A program made the position numbers and the translations under genes. A DNA stretch of 64,000 bases from Blastocatellia bacterium (GTDB lineage Bacteria; Acidobacteriota; Blastocatellia; RBC074), in NCBI GenBank assembly GCA_043775925.1, contig JAYVRW010000170.1, forward strand, positions 6,578 to 70,577, written 5' to 3'. Shown here piece by piece: positions 42,097 through 52,778 of the stretch (within the stretch, counting starts at the first letter, position 1; each line of letters begins with the position of its first letter). The notes under the pieces were generated by a model that was not told the DNA's origin, did not search any database, and worked only from the letters and a program-made list of their open reading frames with translations.

Positions 42097-43353
42097 ATGG
42101 CAAGAAGAATTTCAGATCATATCGTTGGGTTAGACATTGGAACGACTAACGTTCGGGCCGTGATTGCCGAGCCGTTAGACGGACGATTGGAAGTCGTTGG
42201 GATTGGCGAAGCCGAATCAAAAGGTTTGCGCAAAGGCGTGATCGTCAACCCTGAAGCATCTGTCGAATCAATTCGTAAAGCGCTGGAAGGCGCCGAGCGA
42301 ATGTCCGGCCTCCACGCCGAAGAAGCTTATGTGGCACTCGGTGGGTCACATATCAAAGGTCACAATAGTCAGGGAGTGGTGGCGATTTCTTCTCGTCACC
42401 GCGAAATTACCCGTGATGATATTCAGCGCGTGATTGATGGCGCCTGCGCAGTTTCAATTCCGTCAGGTCGTGAAATTGCTGATGTCCTACCACAGGAATA
42501 TACCGTTGACGATCAGGATGGCATTGGGGATCCGCTGGGAATGCTGGGGTCACGCCTGGCAGTTTCTGTACGTGTGATTACCAGTCCGATAGCAGCCAAA
42601 CAGAATATTATCACCAGTGTTAATCGAGCTGGTTTAATGGTCGCGGATTTGTTACTCGCGCCGCTCGCCGCAGGTGAAGCGGTATTAAATGATGAAGATC
42701 GAGAATTTGGTACGGCTCTGGTTGACATTGGCGGAGAAACGACTAATCTTGCAATCTACCAACGTGGTGCGGTGTGGCATACAGCAGTTTTCCCTATTGG
42801 TGGAAATCATTTTACCAATGATATTGCCTTTGGATTACGGACTCCCATTCCAGAAGCTGAGCGTATCAAACGAGAATTCGGTTGCACGTATCGCCCACTT
42901 CTCAATCATCAAAGTGCTGCTGAAATGATTGAAGTGCCAAGTGTTGGTGGGCGGGAGCCGCGTTCACTCTCTCGCGATATTTTGTGTGGTATTCTTGAGC
43001 CTCGCGCCGAAGAATTACTTTCACAAGTCCAGGAAGAAATTCGTGCCTCTGGTTTCGAGCGGCAGCTTTCAGGTGGAATCGTTCTCACTGGCGGCGGTGC
43101 TTTGCTGAACGGCTTAGTTGAAGTAGCCGAACAGATATTCGATGCCCCTGTCAGAGTTGTTGGTGCCTACGATATTGGAAGTCCAGTCAAGGAAGTGACA
43201 GAACCTGGATACGCGACAGCGGTAGGACTAGCTTTATATGGATTACGCCGAGGAGGACAACCCGGACAAGCCCGTCTTCATCACGGAAAAATTTTAGGTG
43301 AAAGGATGGCGGCTAAAGTCAAAAGCATGTTCGGGAGCCTGTTAAATCTGTAA
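42097..43353 (+). CDS. ftsA: cell division protein FtsA
   Basis: Actin-like ATPase '[14 protein letters not shown]'; C-terminal amphipathic tail. Confidence 0.9.
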   Translation: MARRISDHIVGLDIGTTNVRAVIAEPLDGRLEVVGIGEAESKGLRKGVIVNPEASVESIRKALEGAERMSGLHAEEAYVALGGSHIKGHNSQGVVAISSRHREITRDDIQRVIDGACAVSIPSGREIADVLPQEYTVDDQDGIGDPLGMLGSRLAVSVRVITSPIAAKQNIITSVNRAGLMVADLLLAPLAAGEAVLNDEDREFGTALVDIGGETTNLAIYQRGAVWHTAVFPIGGNHFTNDIAFGLRTPIPEAERIKREFGCTYRPLLNHQSAAEMIEVPSVGGREPRSLSRDILCGILEPRAEELLSQVQEEIRASGFERQLSGGIVLTGGGALLNGLVEVAEQIFDAPVRVVGAYDIGSPVKEVTEPGYATAVGLALYGLRRGGQPGQARLHHGKILGERMAAKVKSMFGSLLNL

Positions 43354-43782
43354 AACGAGTAAGTGAAGAACCTATAGCCGAAGACTGTTTTTAGTCGGTA
43401 AGATGAGTTAAAACATGAATCGTTAAGAATTTGATTAAAAATATTTACTTGATGAGCTAAGATCGCTTGCTTAGCGTTTGGCAAATCTAGATGTTGTGCT
43501 AAAATTTATGCTTGTATACAAGATGACGCATCTAAATAGTTTTATCGCTCATTAATGCGGTTGGTCTGTTAAGCAGCCACTCATTCTCACTTTACAGAAA
43601 TTCAAGTTGATAAGCCCCCATCAATTAGATACTTTTTCCTGTTTTAGTGCTTGTAACGGATGTCAAAGGATAGGTGCCGGGTCGCTGGCGAAAGCTTTGT
43701 GATGAGCGGGTACATAAAATTAACAAATAAAGAGTAATACCGTGAGGCAAGTGATAATTATTCAACGAGCAGGAGGCGCAGG

Positions 43783-44916
43783 ATGGCTATAGATGATCGC
43801 CAGGGATTAAATATCCTAGGATTTGTAGATGATCCTCCAACGTCGGGAGCAAGAATTAAGGTAGTCGGTGTTGGCGGCGGCGGCGGAAATGCTGTAAACC
43901 ACATGATTGATGCTCATATTGAGGGCATTGATTTTCTGGTAGCTAACACAGACGCTCAGGCGCTTCGGCGTTCCCTTGCTCCTGTCAAACTACAATTAGG
44001 TTCGCGCTTGACGAAAGGCCTTGGAGCAGGAGCCAATCCTGAAGTCGGGCGTGATGCTGCCCTTGAAGATACTGAGAAAATTCTCGAGGCTCTTGAAGGC
44101 GCAGACATGGTTTTTGTGACGGTTGGAATGGGTGGCGGAACCGGTACGGGGGCAGCTCCGATTATTGCCTCGCTGGCTGCTGAGCTGGGTGCGCTGACCG
44201 TCGCTGTGGTGACAAAACCCTTTCCTTTTGAGGGGCGGCGTCGAATGCAACAGGCAGAATTGGGCTTGCAGGAATTACGCTCGGTGGTTGATACGCTCAT
44301 TACAATTCCTAACGAGAGACTCAAGCAGACAGTGGATCGCAACATGACTCTATCGGATTCTTTCCGCATGGCCGATGATGTTTTGCGGCAGGCAGTTCAG
44401 GGTATCTCTGACCTTATTACAGTTCCTGGTTTTATTAACGTAGATTTTGCTGACGTGAAGGCCATTATGCGAGGGATGGGAATCGCTTTAATGGGAACCG
44501 GACACTCAGTTGGGGATAATCGTGCGCAAGAAGCTACGCAACGAGCTATTTCCAGTCCATTGCTTGAAGAGGCCACGATTGAAGGGGCGAAAGGCGTACT
44601 GGTAAACATTACCGGTGGATCAGATTTGACCTTGTTTGAAGTGGATGAAGCGATGCATATTATTCATGATGCCGCTGATCCTGATGCCAATATTATTTTT
44701 GGTACAGTCACTGATGAGCGACTTCAGAATGAAATGAAGATTACTGTCATTGCCACTGGTTTTGAGAAAGCTCAGACGGCTGAAAATCTTCACAACTTCC
44801 CTGTGCGGCAAAACATGTCTGTTCCAATACCGCGTCAAGTTGGCAGCCCGGTACCACAAAACAGTCGCCAGGAAGATTATGATGTCCCAACTTTCCTTCG
44901 TAAGAAGGCGGATTAA
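43783..44916 (+). CDS. ftsZ: cell division GTPase FtsZ
   Basis: 'GGGTGTG' tubulin signature, 'NTDAQAL'; C-terminal '[11 protein letters not shown]' conserved peptide. Confidence 0.95.
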   Translation: MAIDDRQGLNILGFVDDPPTSGARIKVVGVGGGGGNAVNHMIDAHIEGIDFLVANTDAQALRRSLAPVKLQLGSRLTKGLGAGANPEVGRDAALEDTEKILEALEGADMVFVTVGMGGGTGTGAAPIIASLAAELGALTVAVVTKPFPFEGRRRMQQAELGLQELRSVVDTLITIPNERLKQTVDRNMTLSDSFRMADDVLRQAVQGISDLITVPGFINVDFADVKAIMRGMGIALMGTGHSVGDNRAQEATQRAISSPLLEEATIEGAKGVLVNITGGSDLTLFEVDEAMHIIHDAADPDANIIFGTVTDERLQNEMKITVIATGFEKAQTAENLHNFPVRQNMSVPIPRQVGSPVPQNSRQEDYDVPTFLRKKAD

Positions 44917-45311
44917 TCCTGCTTGGTGGGAATTCTATTAAACGGAGAAGTTGGCAGTAAATAGTTGGCGGTTACTTGCATCTGATGATTGATTTGATAT
45001 AGCATTGTTCCACCTATTGAATCGTAGTGTAATAATATCTTGTTTTGGCGGAAGGCTTGTTAGCCAACAGTAAATCCCGCATCTTTCCCTAACGGATGCT
45101 CTCAATGGTAATCTGGAATTAAAAAGGAAGCTGAGAAAGCTAAGCGGTGTTCTGCCTCACAGATAGCCGGAAATAACCCTAATCGCCAGCTCTAGCCACT
45201 ATATTTAAAGGTTCGGAATCCAGTTCCATTAAAGAGAAATTGAAACTCGTTAATTCAGATTGTAGAGAGCTATTTTCTGACCAGTCGTAAATATTACTAA
45301 GGAGAAATAAA

Positions 45312-45659
45312 TTGAACAGGAAGTTAATTCGCACCACACTCGCTGAGGTTAAGGAGCGCGAAGCGCAGGTTCATGCTGCGCGAGTTGTCCACCGTCCTGC
45401 CCCACAGCAGCAGGAATCTGCCGCTGCCGCCCAGCGTAAGAAAGTTCCACCTGAGCAAACCAACGCCGAGAATTTCTATTACAAAAAGCAAATGGATTCT
45501 CATACCCCGATGGTCGTTGTGCTTCAGGATGGCGAGACTCTGCGCGGATCTATTGAGTGGTATGATAAAAACAGTATTAAGCTCAATCGGACAGAAGGAC
45601 CAAACCTGCTCGTTCTCAAGCATTGTATTAAATATCTTTACAAAGATGGCGATCAATAA
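45312..45659 (+). CDS. Hfq-like Sm-fold RNA-binding protein with N-terminal extension
   Basis: TTG start 7 nt after AAGGAG SD; Sm1-like '[18 protein letters not shown]', Sm2-like 'LKHCIKY' (cf. Hfq YKHAI). Confidence 0.45.
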   Translation: MNRKLIRTTLAEVKEREAQVHAARVVHRPAPQQQESAAAAQRKKVPPEQTNAENFYYKKQMDSHTPMVVVLQDGETLRGSIEWYDKNSIKLNRTEGPNLLVLKHCIKYLYKDGDQ

Positions 45660-45701
45660 GCTGTCAGCTTTTGCTAGCTTGGCTTGAAGCGACGTGTTTG
45701 T

Positions 45702-46736
45702 ATGGTGATGGGAAGCAACTATAAACCTCGGATACGTCCACGTATTGGTATCACGGTTGGTGATCCAGCCGGAATTGGTCCTGAAGTTGCACTTAAAGCT
45801 GTTTGTACGCAGGAAATTTTATCCATTTGCACACCTATCCTCATTGGTGCAATAGATTATCTGAAGCATTGGGCAGGGAGCTTTGAGCTTCGGACTGATT
45901 TCAATGTCATTGAAGCGGGATCCCCCCTTCCGCTCCATTCTGAAATTCCACTAATTTATAATTTAAATAATGTTCCTGCGATGCTTGCGATGGGTCGTGA
46001 GCAGGCGATTGCAGGTAAAGCCGCAGGTGAGTATATCGAAGCGGCTGTCGGGTTGTGCCTGAAAGAGGAACTAGATGCGATTACGACTGCGCCCATCAAC
46101 AAAAGTGCCTTACATTTAGGTGGCTATGATTTTCCTGGTCATACAGAAATGCTGGCTCATCTAACCGATACGACAGATTTTGCAATGTCGTTTGTGGCCC
46201 CCAACCTGCGAGTAGCCTTACTAACAACCCACCTCTCACTGGCTGATGCTATCCGGCAGGTCAAGCAGCAACCTCTTCAAAATTTGATCCGCTTAGTTGA
46301 TCGTGAAATGAAACGATTTGGTTTTGCACAACCGAGAATTGCGGTCGCTGCACTAAACCCGCACGGTGGCGAAGGTGGAATGTTTGGGAAGGAAGAGTCT
46401 ACCGAAATGCTTCCAGCCATTAATCATTGCCGCGATTCTGAGAAGATTGAAGTGAGCGGCCCGTATTCAGGCGATACGATTTTTGTACGTGCTGCGAAGG
46501 GCGAATTTGATATTGTAATTTCCTGTTATCACGATCAGGGATTGATACCGATCAAGTGTTTTGCTTTTGGTGAGGCTGTGAATGTGACGCTGGGGTTGCC
46601 GTTGATTCGAACATCGGTAGATCATGGAACTGCTTTCGATATTGCTGGTCAGGGAAAAGCTGAACATGCCAGTATGATGATAGCGATTAGGTTAGCCGTG
46701 GAGATGGCGATAAATTCCAAGACTTCGGGCGTTTGA
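45702..46736 (+). CDS. pdxA: 4-hydroxythreonine-4-phosphate dehydrogenase
   Basis: 'PRIGITVGDPAGIGPEV', 'TSVDHGTAFDIAGQGKA' PdxA motifs. Confidence 0.85.
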   Translation: MVMGSNYKPRIRPRIGITVGDPAGIGPEVALKAVCTQEILSICTPILIGAIDYLKHWAGSFELRTDFNVIEAGSPLPLHSEIPLIYNLNNVPAMLAMGREQAIAGKAAGEYIEAAVGLCLKEELDAITTAPINKSALHLGGYDFPGHTEMLAHLTDTTDFAMSFVAPNLRVALLTTHLSLADAIRQVKQQPLQNLIRLVDREMKRFGFAQPRIAVAALNPHGGEGGMFGKEESTEMLPAINHCRDSEKIEVSGPYSGDTIFVRAAKGEFDIVISCYHDQGLIPIKCFAFGEAVNVTLGLPLIRTSVDHGTAFDIAGQGKAEHASMMIAIRLAVEMAINSKTSGV

Positions 46737-46747
46737 AGCAAGCACAG

Positions 46748-47722
46748 TCAGGAACGATTAATCGCATCACCCCAGCGGCTTTTTCTGGCGGCCTTGAAGT
46801 AAGCGCCGTCTGTTTTGGTGATCGTCGTTGCGTGAATTTTGTCAGCCGCGCACAGCTCCAATTTTACAAATCCTGATGAGATTTTCGGGCGCTTGAGAAT
46901 TCGTGCCGCACTGGATTCAACCGGAAATTTAGAGACTGCAACGTAGGAATATTTTTCATCCTCATAATTCAAAGCACCAGCCTTTAATTTTCGATGCAAG
47001 GAAGATCGTTCGACTCTTTCCGCAAAATGACACCAATCATTTTCAGGCATTGGGCAGTCCATTGCATGTGGGCAAGGTGCAATGAGGTAGGCGCCAAGCT
47101 GGATCAGATCGTCTCGAAGTGTGCGAATCAGCTCGAAGCCTTTGACCGATCCGGGTTCAATAATTACCAGACAAGAATTAGTTTTTCCCCAGGCAGATTT
47201 TGTTATTTCTCGGGCAGTCGCTACTGTTAATTCTCCCAAAGAATACGAGGCAATAATCGCATCGCCTAATGGAATTGATGGCGAGCTATTGAGGTCATTT
47301 TTTATCCATTGAGCGTTGCGAATATTTTGATTGATAGATTTTTTAGCGAGCCGTTGACCGAGACGGATTAGCTCCAGATCGCGTTCAATCAACAGCATTG
47401 ATTGTAATCCATCAAAGACTTCAACTGCCGCCCAGGCTGCCGTACCAGGGCCAGTTCCAAGATCAATCAAACTTTGGATAGATAAATCAGGGAGTTGCTT
47501 TTTGACTTCGCGGAAGACGGCAGAAATCGCTGCATAAGTGGCAGGCATCCGCGTAACCGTGTAAGCGATGCGATGAGCCTCGGTGATAATTAATTTTTCA
47601 TTAGCCCTTTGTCGAAAGCGATAATTGTTAGACAATTCTGAAGCAGCTTTGGTTAGTTTAGATAATCCAATGAGTGCGGCTTCATGCTCAATAGCGTGTT
47701 TGAGTAAAATTGGAAGTTGCAT
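46748..47722 (-). CDS. Rsm22-like class I SAM-dependent methyltransferase with Cys cluster
   Basis: 'LIDLGTGPGTAAWAA' SAM motif I; 'CPHAMDCPMPENDWCHF' Cys-rich insert typical of Rsm22/COG5459. Confidence 0.55.
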   Translation of the reverse strand: MQLPILLKHAIEHEAALIGLSKLTKAASELSNNYRFRQRANEKLIITEAHRIAYTVTRMPATYAAISAVFREVKKQLPDLSIQSLIDLGTGPGTAAWAAVEVFDGLQSMLLIERDLELIRLGQRLAKKSINQNIRNAQWIKNDLNSSPSIPLGDAIIASYSLGELTVATAREITKSAWGKTNSCLVIIEPGSVKGFELIRTLRDDLIQLGAYLIAPCPHAMDCPMPENDWCHFAERVERSSLHRKLKAGALNYEDEKYSYVAVSKFPVESSAARILKRPKISSGFVKLELCAADKIHATTITKTDGAYFKAARKSRWGDAINRS

Positions 47723-47784
47723 GAAAAATCTTTTGGACAGAATGCAGGTTGTCTTTTTAAAAAAATTACGTGGTGAAAAATTGA

Positions 47785-49374
47785 ATGAAAAAGAATAACA
47801 GTCGGCGTCATTTTCTAAAATATGCAGCGCAAATTAGTGCTGCGTCGCTAATCACTTCAAGCGGGAGTGCTCAGGCAAAATCCTTTGAACTGGAAGAACT
47901 AACATGTAAGGAACTGCAAGCTGGGATGCAATCCGGTAAATATTCAGCGCGCTCTATAACGGAAGCATATTTAGCGCGAATTTCTGAAATAGATCGCCAA
48001 CTAAATTCAATTATTGAACTCAATCCCGATGCTTTGAGCATTGCGGATCAATTAGATCAGGAGCGCAAGGCTGGAAAAACTCGTGGCGCGTTGCACGGAA
48101 TTCCACTTCTCATCAAGGATAACATTGATACAGCAGACAAAATGCAAACGACCGCCGGATCACTGGCGTTGGCTGGTATGGTGGCTCCGCGTGATGCGTT
48201 TCTCGTTGAGAAATTACGTCAGGCTGGTGTGGTAATTTTAGGGAAAACGAATTTGAGTGAGTGGGCAAATTTTCGATCCAGCAAGTCCACCAGTGGTTGG
48301 AGCGGGCGGGGCGGATTAACGAAAAACCCATACGCGCTAGATCGAAATACCAGCGGTTCAAGCGCAGGTTCGGGAGCCGCAACCGCCGCGAATCTTTGTG
48401 CTCTTTCGATAGGGACTGAAACGGATGGCTCTATTGTCAGCCCTGCCAGTTGTAACTCATTAGTGGGGATCAAACCGACACTTGGATTGTGGAGCCGTTC
48501 AGGAATTATTCCCATTGCGCACAGTCAGGATACTGCCGGGCCGATAACACGTACTGTATCTGATGCTGCGATTTTGCTCGGTGCTCTCTGTGGAATAGAT
48601 ACGCGTGATAAAGCAACCTCCTTGGGTCGGGGAAAATTCGTTAATGACTACACAATATTTCTTGATCCAAACGGATTGAAGGGCGCACGGATTGGAATTG
48701 CCAGAAATTATTTCGGATTCAATGATCGTGTAGATAAACTTATCAATGAAGCCATTGAAGTGATTAAACGTTTGGGAGCTACTGTGATTGATACGGAGCT
48801 ACCAAATAAAGGTAAATATGACGAGGCCGAATTTGAGGTTTTGCTCTATGAGTTTAAAGCTGATTTGAATTCATATCTGGCGACACGGGGGGCAAATTTT
48901 CCGGTCAAAAATATCAAAGAGGTCATCGAGTTTAATGAGAAAAACCGAAACCGCGAACTACAATTTTTTAATCAGAACACGATGATAAAAGCGTCAAAAA
49001 AAGGGGATTTGAAGACGCTGGCTTATCGGCAAGCGCTTGCCAAAGCAAAGCGAATGAGTCAGGCAGAAGGCATTGATGCCGCTTTGCTCAAACATAAACT
49101 GGATGCGTTAGTGGCTCCAACGGACGGTATCCCCTGGCTCACAGATTTTCTCAACGGTGACCATTTTTCTGGTGGATGCTCAACGCCTGCAGCGGTTGCG
49201 GGGTATCCGCATGTTACAGTGCCAGCAGGCTATATTAATGGTTTGCCATTGGGAGTTTCATTTTTTGGAGCTGCCTGGAGTGAAGGAAAATTAATCAAAT
49301 ATGCGTATGCCTTTGAGCAAGCGACAAAACATCGCCAAGCTCCGACATTTCCGGCGAGTATCGAAGCAAAATAG
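47785..49374 (+). CDS. amidase-signature family amidase, Tat-exported
   Basis: Twin-arginine signal 'SRRHFLKYAAQISAASLITSSGSAQA'; 'GGSSAGSGAA' AS-family motif; Ser-cisSer-Lys context. Confidence 0.8.
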   Translation: MKKNNSRRHFLKYAAQISAASLITSSGSAQAKSFELEELTCKELQAGMQSGKYSARSITEAYLARISEIDRQLNSIIELNPDALSIADQLDQERKAGKTRGALHGIPLLIKDNIDTADKMQTTAGSLALAGMVAPRDAFLVEKLRQAGVVILGKTNLSEWANFRSSKSTSGWSGRGGLTKNPYALDRNTSGSSAGSGAATAANLCALSIGTETDGSIVSPASCNSLVGIKPTLGLWSRSGIIPIAHSQDTAGPITRTVSDAAILLGALCGIDTRDKATSLGRGKFVNDYTIFLDPNGLKGARIGIARNYFGFNDRVDKLINEAIEVIKRLGATVIDTELPNKGKYDEAEFEVLLYEFKADLNSYLATRGANFPVKNIKEVIEFNEKNRNRELQFFNQNTMIKASKKGDLKTLAYRQALAKAKRMSQAEGIDAALLKHKLDALVAPTDGIPWLTDFLNGDHFSGGCSTPAAVAGYPHVTVPAGYINGLPLGVSFFGAAWSEGKLIKYAYAFEQATKHRQAPTFPASIEAK

Positions 49375-49435
49375 CAAATAAAAATGCGGATGAGGTCAGT
49401 TAGACGACATCCGCAGTTACTTCTAAAAAGTGTTG

Positions 49436-49840
49436 TTAAGAAGGGAATGAGTCGTTGCTGATGGATTCACAGGCGCGAATACAGCGTTCGCAGATTTGCG
49501 AAAACCGACTTGCCATCATGTATTCGTTCTTAATGCGTTCAGCGCCGCAAAAGCTACAGGAAATAGTGCCATTCGGATCACCACGAAACCAGCGTGAATA
49601 CCAGGCAGTCCGACGCCAGGGGGGTTGGTATCCAACAGATTTGTAATCGCTCATCAGGATGATGCAAACGCGAATACAATCATTGCAAATATAGCGGCTT
49701 CTTCCTTCAAAGAGCCGTTCAACCTGTCCTTCACCTAAACCACAAAATGCACAACGTATGCTGTGAAGTTCGAGGCTTTGATCTGTGGCTTTAATCAATG
49801 TGTTACTTACCAGGCCAAGTTCCATGGTTCCAATTGCCAT
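49436..49840 (-). CDS. standalone protein made of two tandem ClpX-type C4 zinc-binding domains (no AAA+ module)
   Basis: 'CAFCG-x18-CNDC' and 'CSFCG-x18-CERC', the same spacing as the ClpX N-terminal ZBD; sits directly downstream of clpP where clpX normally is. Confidence 0.6.
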   Translation of the reverse strand: MAIGTMELGLVSNTLIKATDQSLELHSIRCAFCGLGEGQVERLFEGRSRYICNDCIRVCIILMSDYKSVGYQPPWRRTAWYSRWFRGDPNGTISCSFCGAERIKNEYMMASRFSQICERCIRACESISNDSFPS

Positions 49841-49873
49841 TCTCAACCGCCTTCTTGAAAAAGCGCGAGCACC

Positions 49874-50476
49874 TTACTCACGCTTGCTGATGACTGCATC
49901 TACCAATCCATAATCTGCTGCTTGTTGTGCGCTCAGAATATAATCGCGCTCGACATCTGTTTCGATGCGTTCCATCGGCTGACCGGTATGTTCAGAGAGA
50001 ATTTCGTTCAAGCGGGTACGCATTCTGAGAATTTCTTCCGCCGCAATTTTAATATCAGTCGCCTGACCGCCGATACCTCCGGCGGAAGGCTGGTGAATCA
50101 AAATTCGTGAATTCGGCAAAGCATATCGTTTGCCTTTCGTTCCAGCCGCCAATAAGACAGCCGCCATCGAAGCGCATTGACCGACGCAAAGCGTTGAGAT
50201 CGGTGCGCGGACGAATTTCATCGTGTCATAAATGGCCATTCCTGCGGTGACGGAACCACCGGGCGAATTAATGTACATTTGAATTTCCCGATCCGGGTCT
50301 TCAGACTCCAGAAAGAGTAATTGCGCCACAATCAAATTGGCTAAAGTGTCATCAATCGGAGTTCCGATGAAGATAATATTTTCTTTGAGTAACCGGGAAT
50401 AAATGTCAAACGCGCGCTCACCGCGTGGCGTTTGTTCGACCACCATAGGAACTAAATGAGCTTGTGGATTCATCAT
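49874..50476 (-). CDS. clpP: ATP-dependent Clp protease proteolytic subunit
   Basis: '[25 protein letters not shown]', 'GQCASMAA' active Ser, His/Asp; start set at ATG 50476. Confidence 0.9.
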   Translation of the reverse strand: MMNPQAHLVPMVVEQTPRGERAFDIYSRLLKENIIFIGTPIDDTLANLIVAQLLFLESEDPDREIQMYINSPGGSVTAGMAIYDTMKFVRAPISTLCVGQCASMAAVLLAAGTKGKRYALPNSRILIHQPSAGGIGGQATDIKIAAEEILRMRTRLNEILSEHTGQPMERIETDVERDYILSAQQAADYGLVDAVISKRE

Positions 50477-50627
50477 TTTGGTAAAACCTTTACTGCTGGA
50501 TAATGCAAGTCGTGAACTCGCGGACTTAGGAATGATCATGCAGGAAAGCCCGCACTGATAGTAAAGAAGGCGGCACGAGACTGGAAAAGTCTGGGGCCGC
50601 CTTAATCTCTTTCAAGAGTAATGGATG

Positions 50628-52025
50628 TTAAATCTGGGCTGATTCACCTGCTGCACTAACTTCATTCGTTTCTGCGACAGGAACGTCTGGCTCATCTTCT
50701 TCATCGTACTCTTCAGTCGTAACCTCAGCCTTGCTCACTAATAAGTCAATTACTTTATTAGAGCGTAGCCTATTTTCGATACTAGACAGACCATCATTTT
50801 TTGTCAAGCTGGCTTCCACTTCCTCTGCGGAGCGTCCGACTGATTCAGCTAGTCGCTCAATTTCGTTATCAAGGTCTTCACGCGTGACTGTGATATTTTC
50901 GGCCTGTGAGATGGCGCCAAGGATTAAGGCGAGTTTGACATCAGTTTTAGCGCGGACTCGTTCTTCTTCCTGACGTGCTTCCCAATTAATGTCTTTGGCT
51001 GCGATTTGAGCGTAAGCGCCGCTTTGCATTAAACGTTGAACGAAATCCTGCATCCGCTGATTGGCCTGTTGCTCGACTAGCGGATCAGGCAGGGGGAAAT
51101 CATATTCTTTAGCAAGATTGGCTAATAAATCATCACGAACATCCATTTCGGCTTCATGATCGTAGGACTGTTCAATATTTTTCCGAACCTGTTCGCGCAT
51201 TCCAGCTACATTGGTGTAGTCAGCGCCAAATTCTTCAGCGGATTCTTTCGCAAACTCATCATCTAATTCAGGCAATTCTTTAATCTTGACTGAGTTAACC
51301 GTAGCAGTGAAATCCAGTGTTTTTCCAACTAATCCTTTGGATGGAAAATCTTCAGGATATTTAACGGTGAATTCTTTGACTTCGCCTTCTTTAACTCCCG
51401 TAAGATTTTCGTTAAATTCCGCCTGGACGCCTTCAGCGCCTAATTCGATCACCAGGTCTTCTGTTTTTAAATCTTCTTCTTCGGGCGGATCAATGTATTT
51501 TCCAGTCAGATTGATGGAGACAAAATCGCCAGTTTGTGAAGCCCGATCTTCGACCGGAACTAATTGAGCTGCTTGTGCGCGAAGTTCTTCCATCGTTCGC
51601 TCAACAACTTCGTCGGTCACACGGGCGACACGTTTTGTAACTTTAACACCGTCATAACTTTTCAGTTCAAAGTCAGGTAGCACCGTAACCTGTGATTTGA
51701 AGCTGAGAGGCTCCCCTTCCTTAATATCAATTTCATCGGGATTAACATTAGGCGAACCGATCACCTTGAGCTTGTGATCTTCGATGGCATGTCCGATGGC
51801 ATGTGGCAGTAAGTTATTAATAACTTCGCCTTTAATTTCTTTGGCGTAGCGTTGTTTGACGACAGCTCTGGGAACTTTACCAGGACGAAAGCCGGGTATT
51901 TTCGCATGACGCGAATAAGCGTCGTAAGCTTTGTTGTATTCTGTTTGAACATCACTGGCAGGGATTTCAATAGTGAGTTCCTTTTGGCAATCGGCGATGT
52001 CCGCCACAACGACTTGTAAGTTCAA
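50628..52025 (-). CDS. tig: trigger factor
   Basis: Ribosome-binding N-domain, FKBP PPIase middle domain, C-terminal domain; TTG start with GAGGAAGG SD. Confidence 0.9.
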   Translation of the reverse strand: MNLQVVVADIADCQKELTIEIPASDVQTEYNKAYDAYSRHAKIPGFRPGKVPRAVVKQRYAKEIKGEVINNLLPHAIGHAIEDHKLKVIGSPNVNPDEIDIKEGEPLSFKSQVTVLPDFELKSYDGVKVTKRVARVTDEVVERTMEELRAQAAQLVPVEDRASQTGDFVSINLTGKYIDPPEEEDLKTEDLVIELGAEGVQAEFNENLTGVKEGEVKEFTVKYPEDFPSKGLVGKTLDFTATVNSVKIKELPELDDEFAKESAEEFGADYTNVAGMREQVRKNIEQSYDHEAEMDVRDDLLANLAKEYDFPLPDPLVEQQANQRMQDFVQRLMQSGAYAQIAAKDINWEARQEEERVRAKTDVKLALILGAISQAENITVTREDLDNEIERLAESVGRSAEEVEASLTKNDGLSSIENRLRSNKVIDLLVSKAEVTTEEYDEEDEPDVPVAETNEVSAAGESAQI

Positions 52026-52068
52026 AATAAACCTTCCTCAGTGTAACTATAGCCCAGATGGTAAGTAA

Positions 52069-52153
<85 letters not shown>

Positions 52154-52322
52154 ACAACCAAACGAAAAGGCTAACAAATTTCCTGTGTGGGTGCAACGTT
52201 TAGGTGGCAAGCTGAGTAAATCACCAGCTTTATTACGTGCACGTAACAGCACTCGCTTAAATTACTATGACAGTGATAAGATGAACAAACGTATTAATAC
52301 TTATTGAGGCAGGGAGTTCGTG

Positions 52323-52772
52323 ATGGAAAAAGAGAAAGAAATTTTTTTGGGTCATCTGAAAAAGGAAGGATTCAAGAAAACTTCGCAACGGGAAAAGATA
52401 TTAGAGGTCTTTTTGCGAACCGAAGGACATTCCAGTGCTGAGGATTTGTATAGCCTGGTCAAAGCCGAAGACCCAATGGTTGGATTTACAACGGTTTATC
52501 GCACCCTTAAACTTCTCACCGAATGTGGTTTAGCCAGGCAGGAGCGCTTTGCCGATGGCTATACGCGCTACGAACATAGCTATAACCACCAACATCACGA
52601 TCACTTAATTTGTACAAGTTGTGGAGATTTAATTGAGTTTTATAGTGAAATCATTGAAAATAAACAGGACGAAATTGCCCGGAAGTTTAAATTTCAACCG
52701 ACTCATCACAGCCTGAGAATTTTTGGAATTTGTTCACAGTGCCAAGCCAAACATCAGGCTGTTGCCAGTTAA
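52323..52772 (+). CDS. fur: Fur-family metalloregulator (Fur/PerR/Zur)
   Basis: '[16 protein letters not shown]', C-terminal 'CSQC'; AGGGAG SD. Confidence 0.8.
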   Translation: MEKEKEIFLGHLKKEGFKKTSQREKILEVFLRTEGHSSAEDLYSLVKAEDPMVGFTTVYRTLKLLTECGLARQERFADGYTRYEHSYNHQHHDHLICTSCGDLIEFYSEIIENKQDEIARKFKFQPTHHSLRIFGICSQCQAKHQAVAS

Positions 52773-52778
52773 TATCTA

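Noticed and set aside
43281-43484. 67-aa ORF in the ftsA-ftsZ spacer
   Set aside because: Antisense to the ftsA 3' end, in an AT-rich promoter region with no SD
49436-49846. ZBD protein as a simple clpX pseudogene fragment
   Set aside because: The ORF is intact with a proper stop, the ZBD is duplicated in tandem, and no degenerate AAA+ remnants are visible downstream before the convergent amidase gene; it is kept as a functional-gene hypothesis, but pseudogene status cannot be fully excluded
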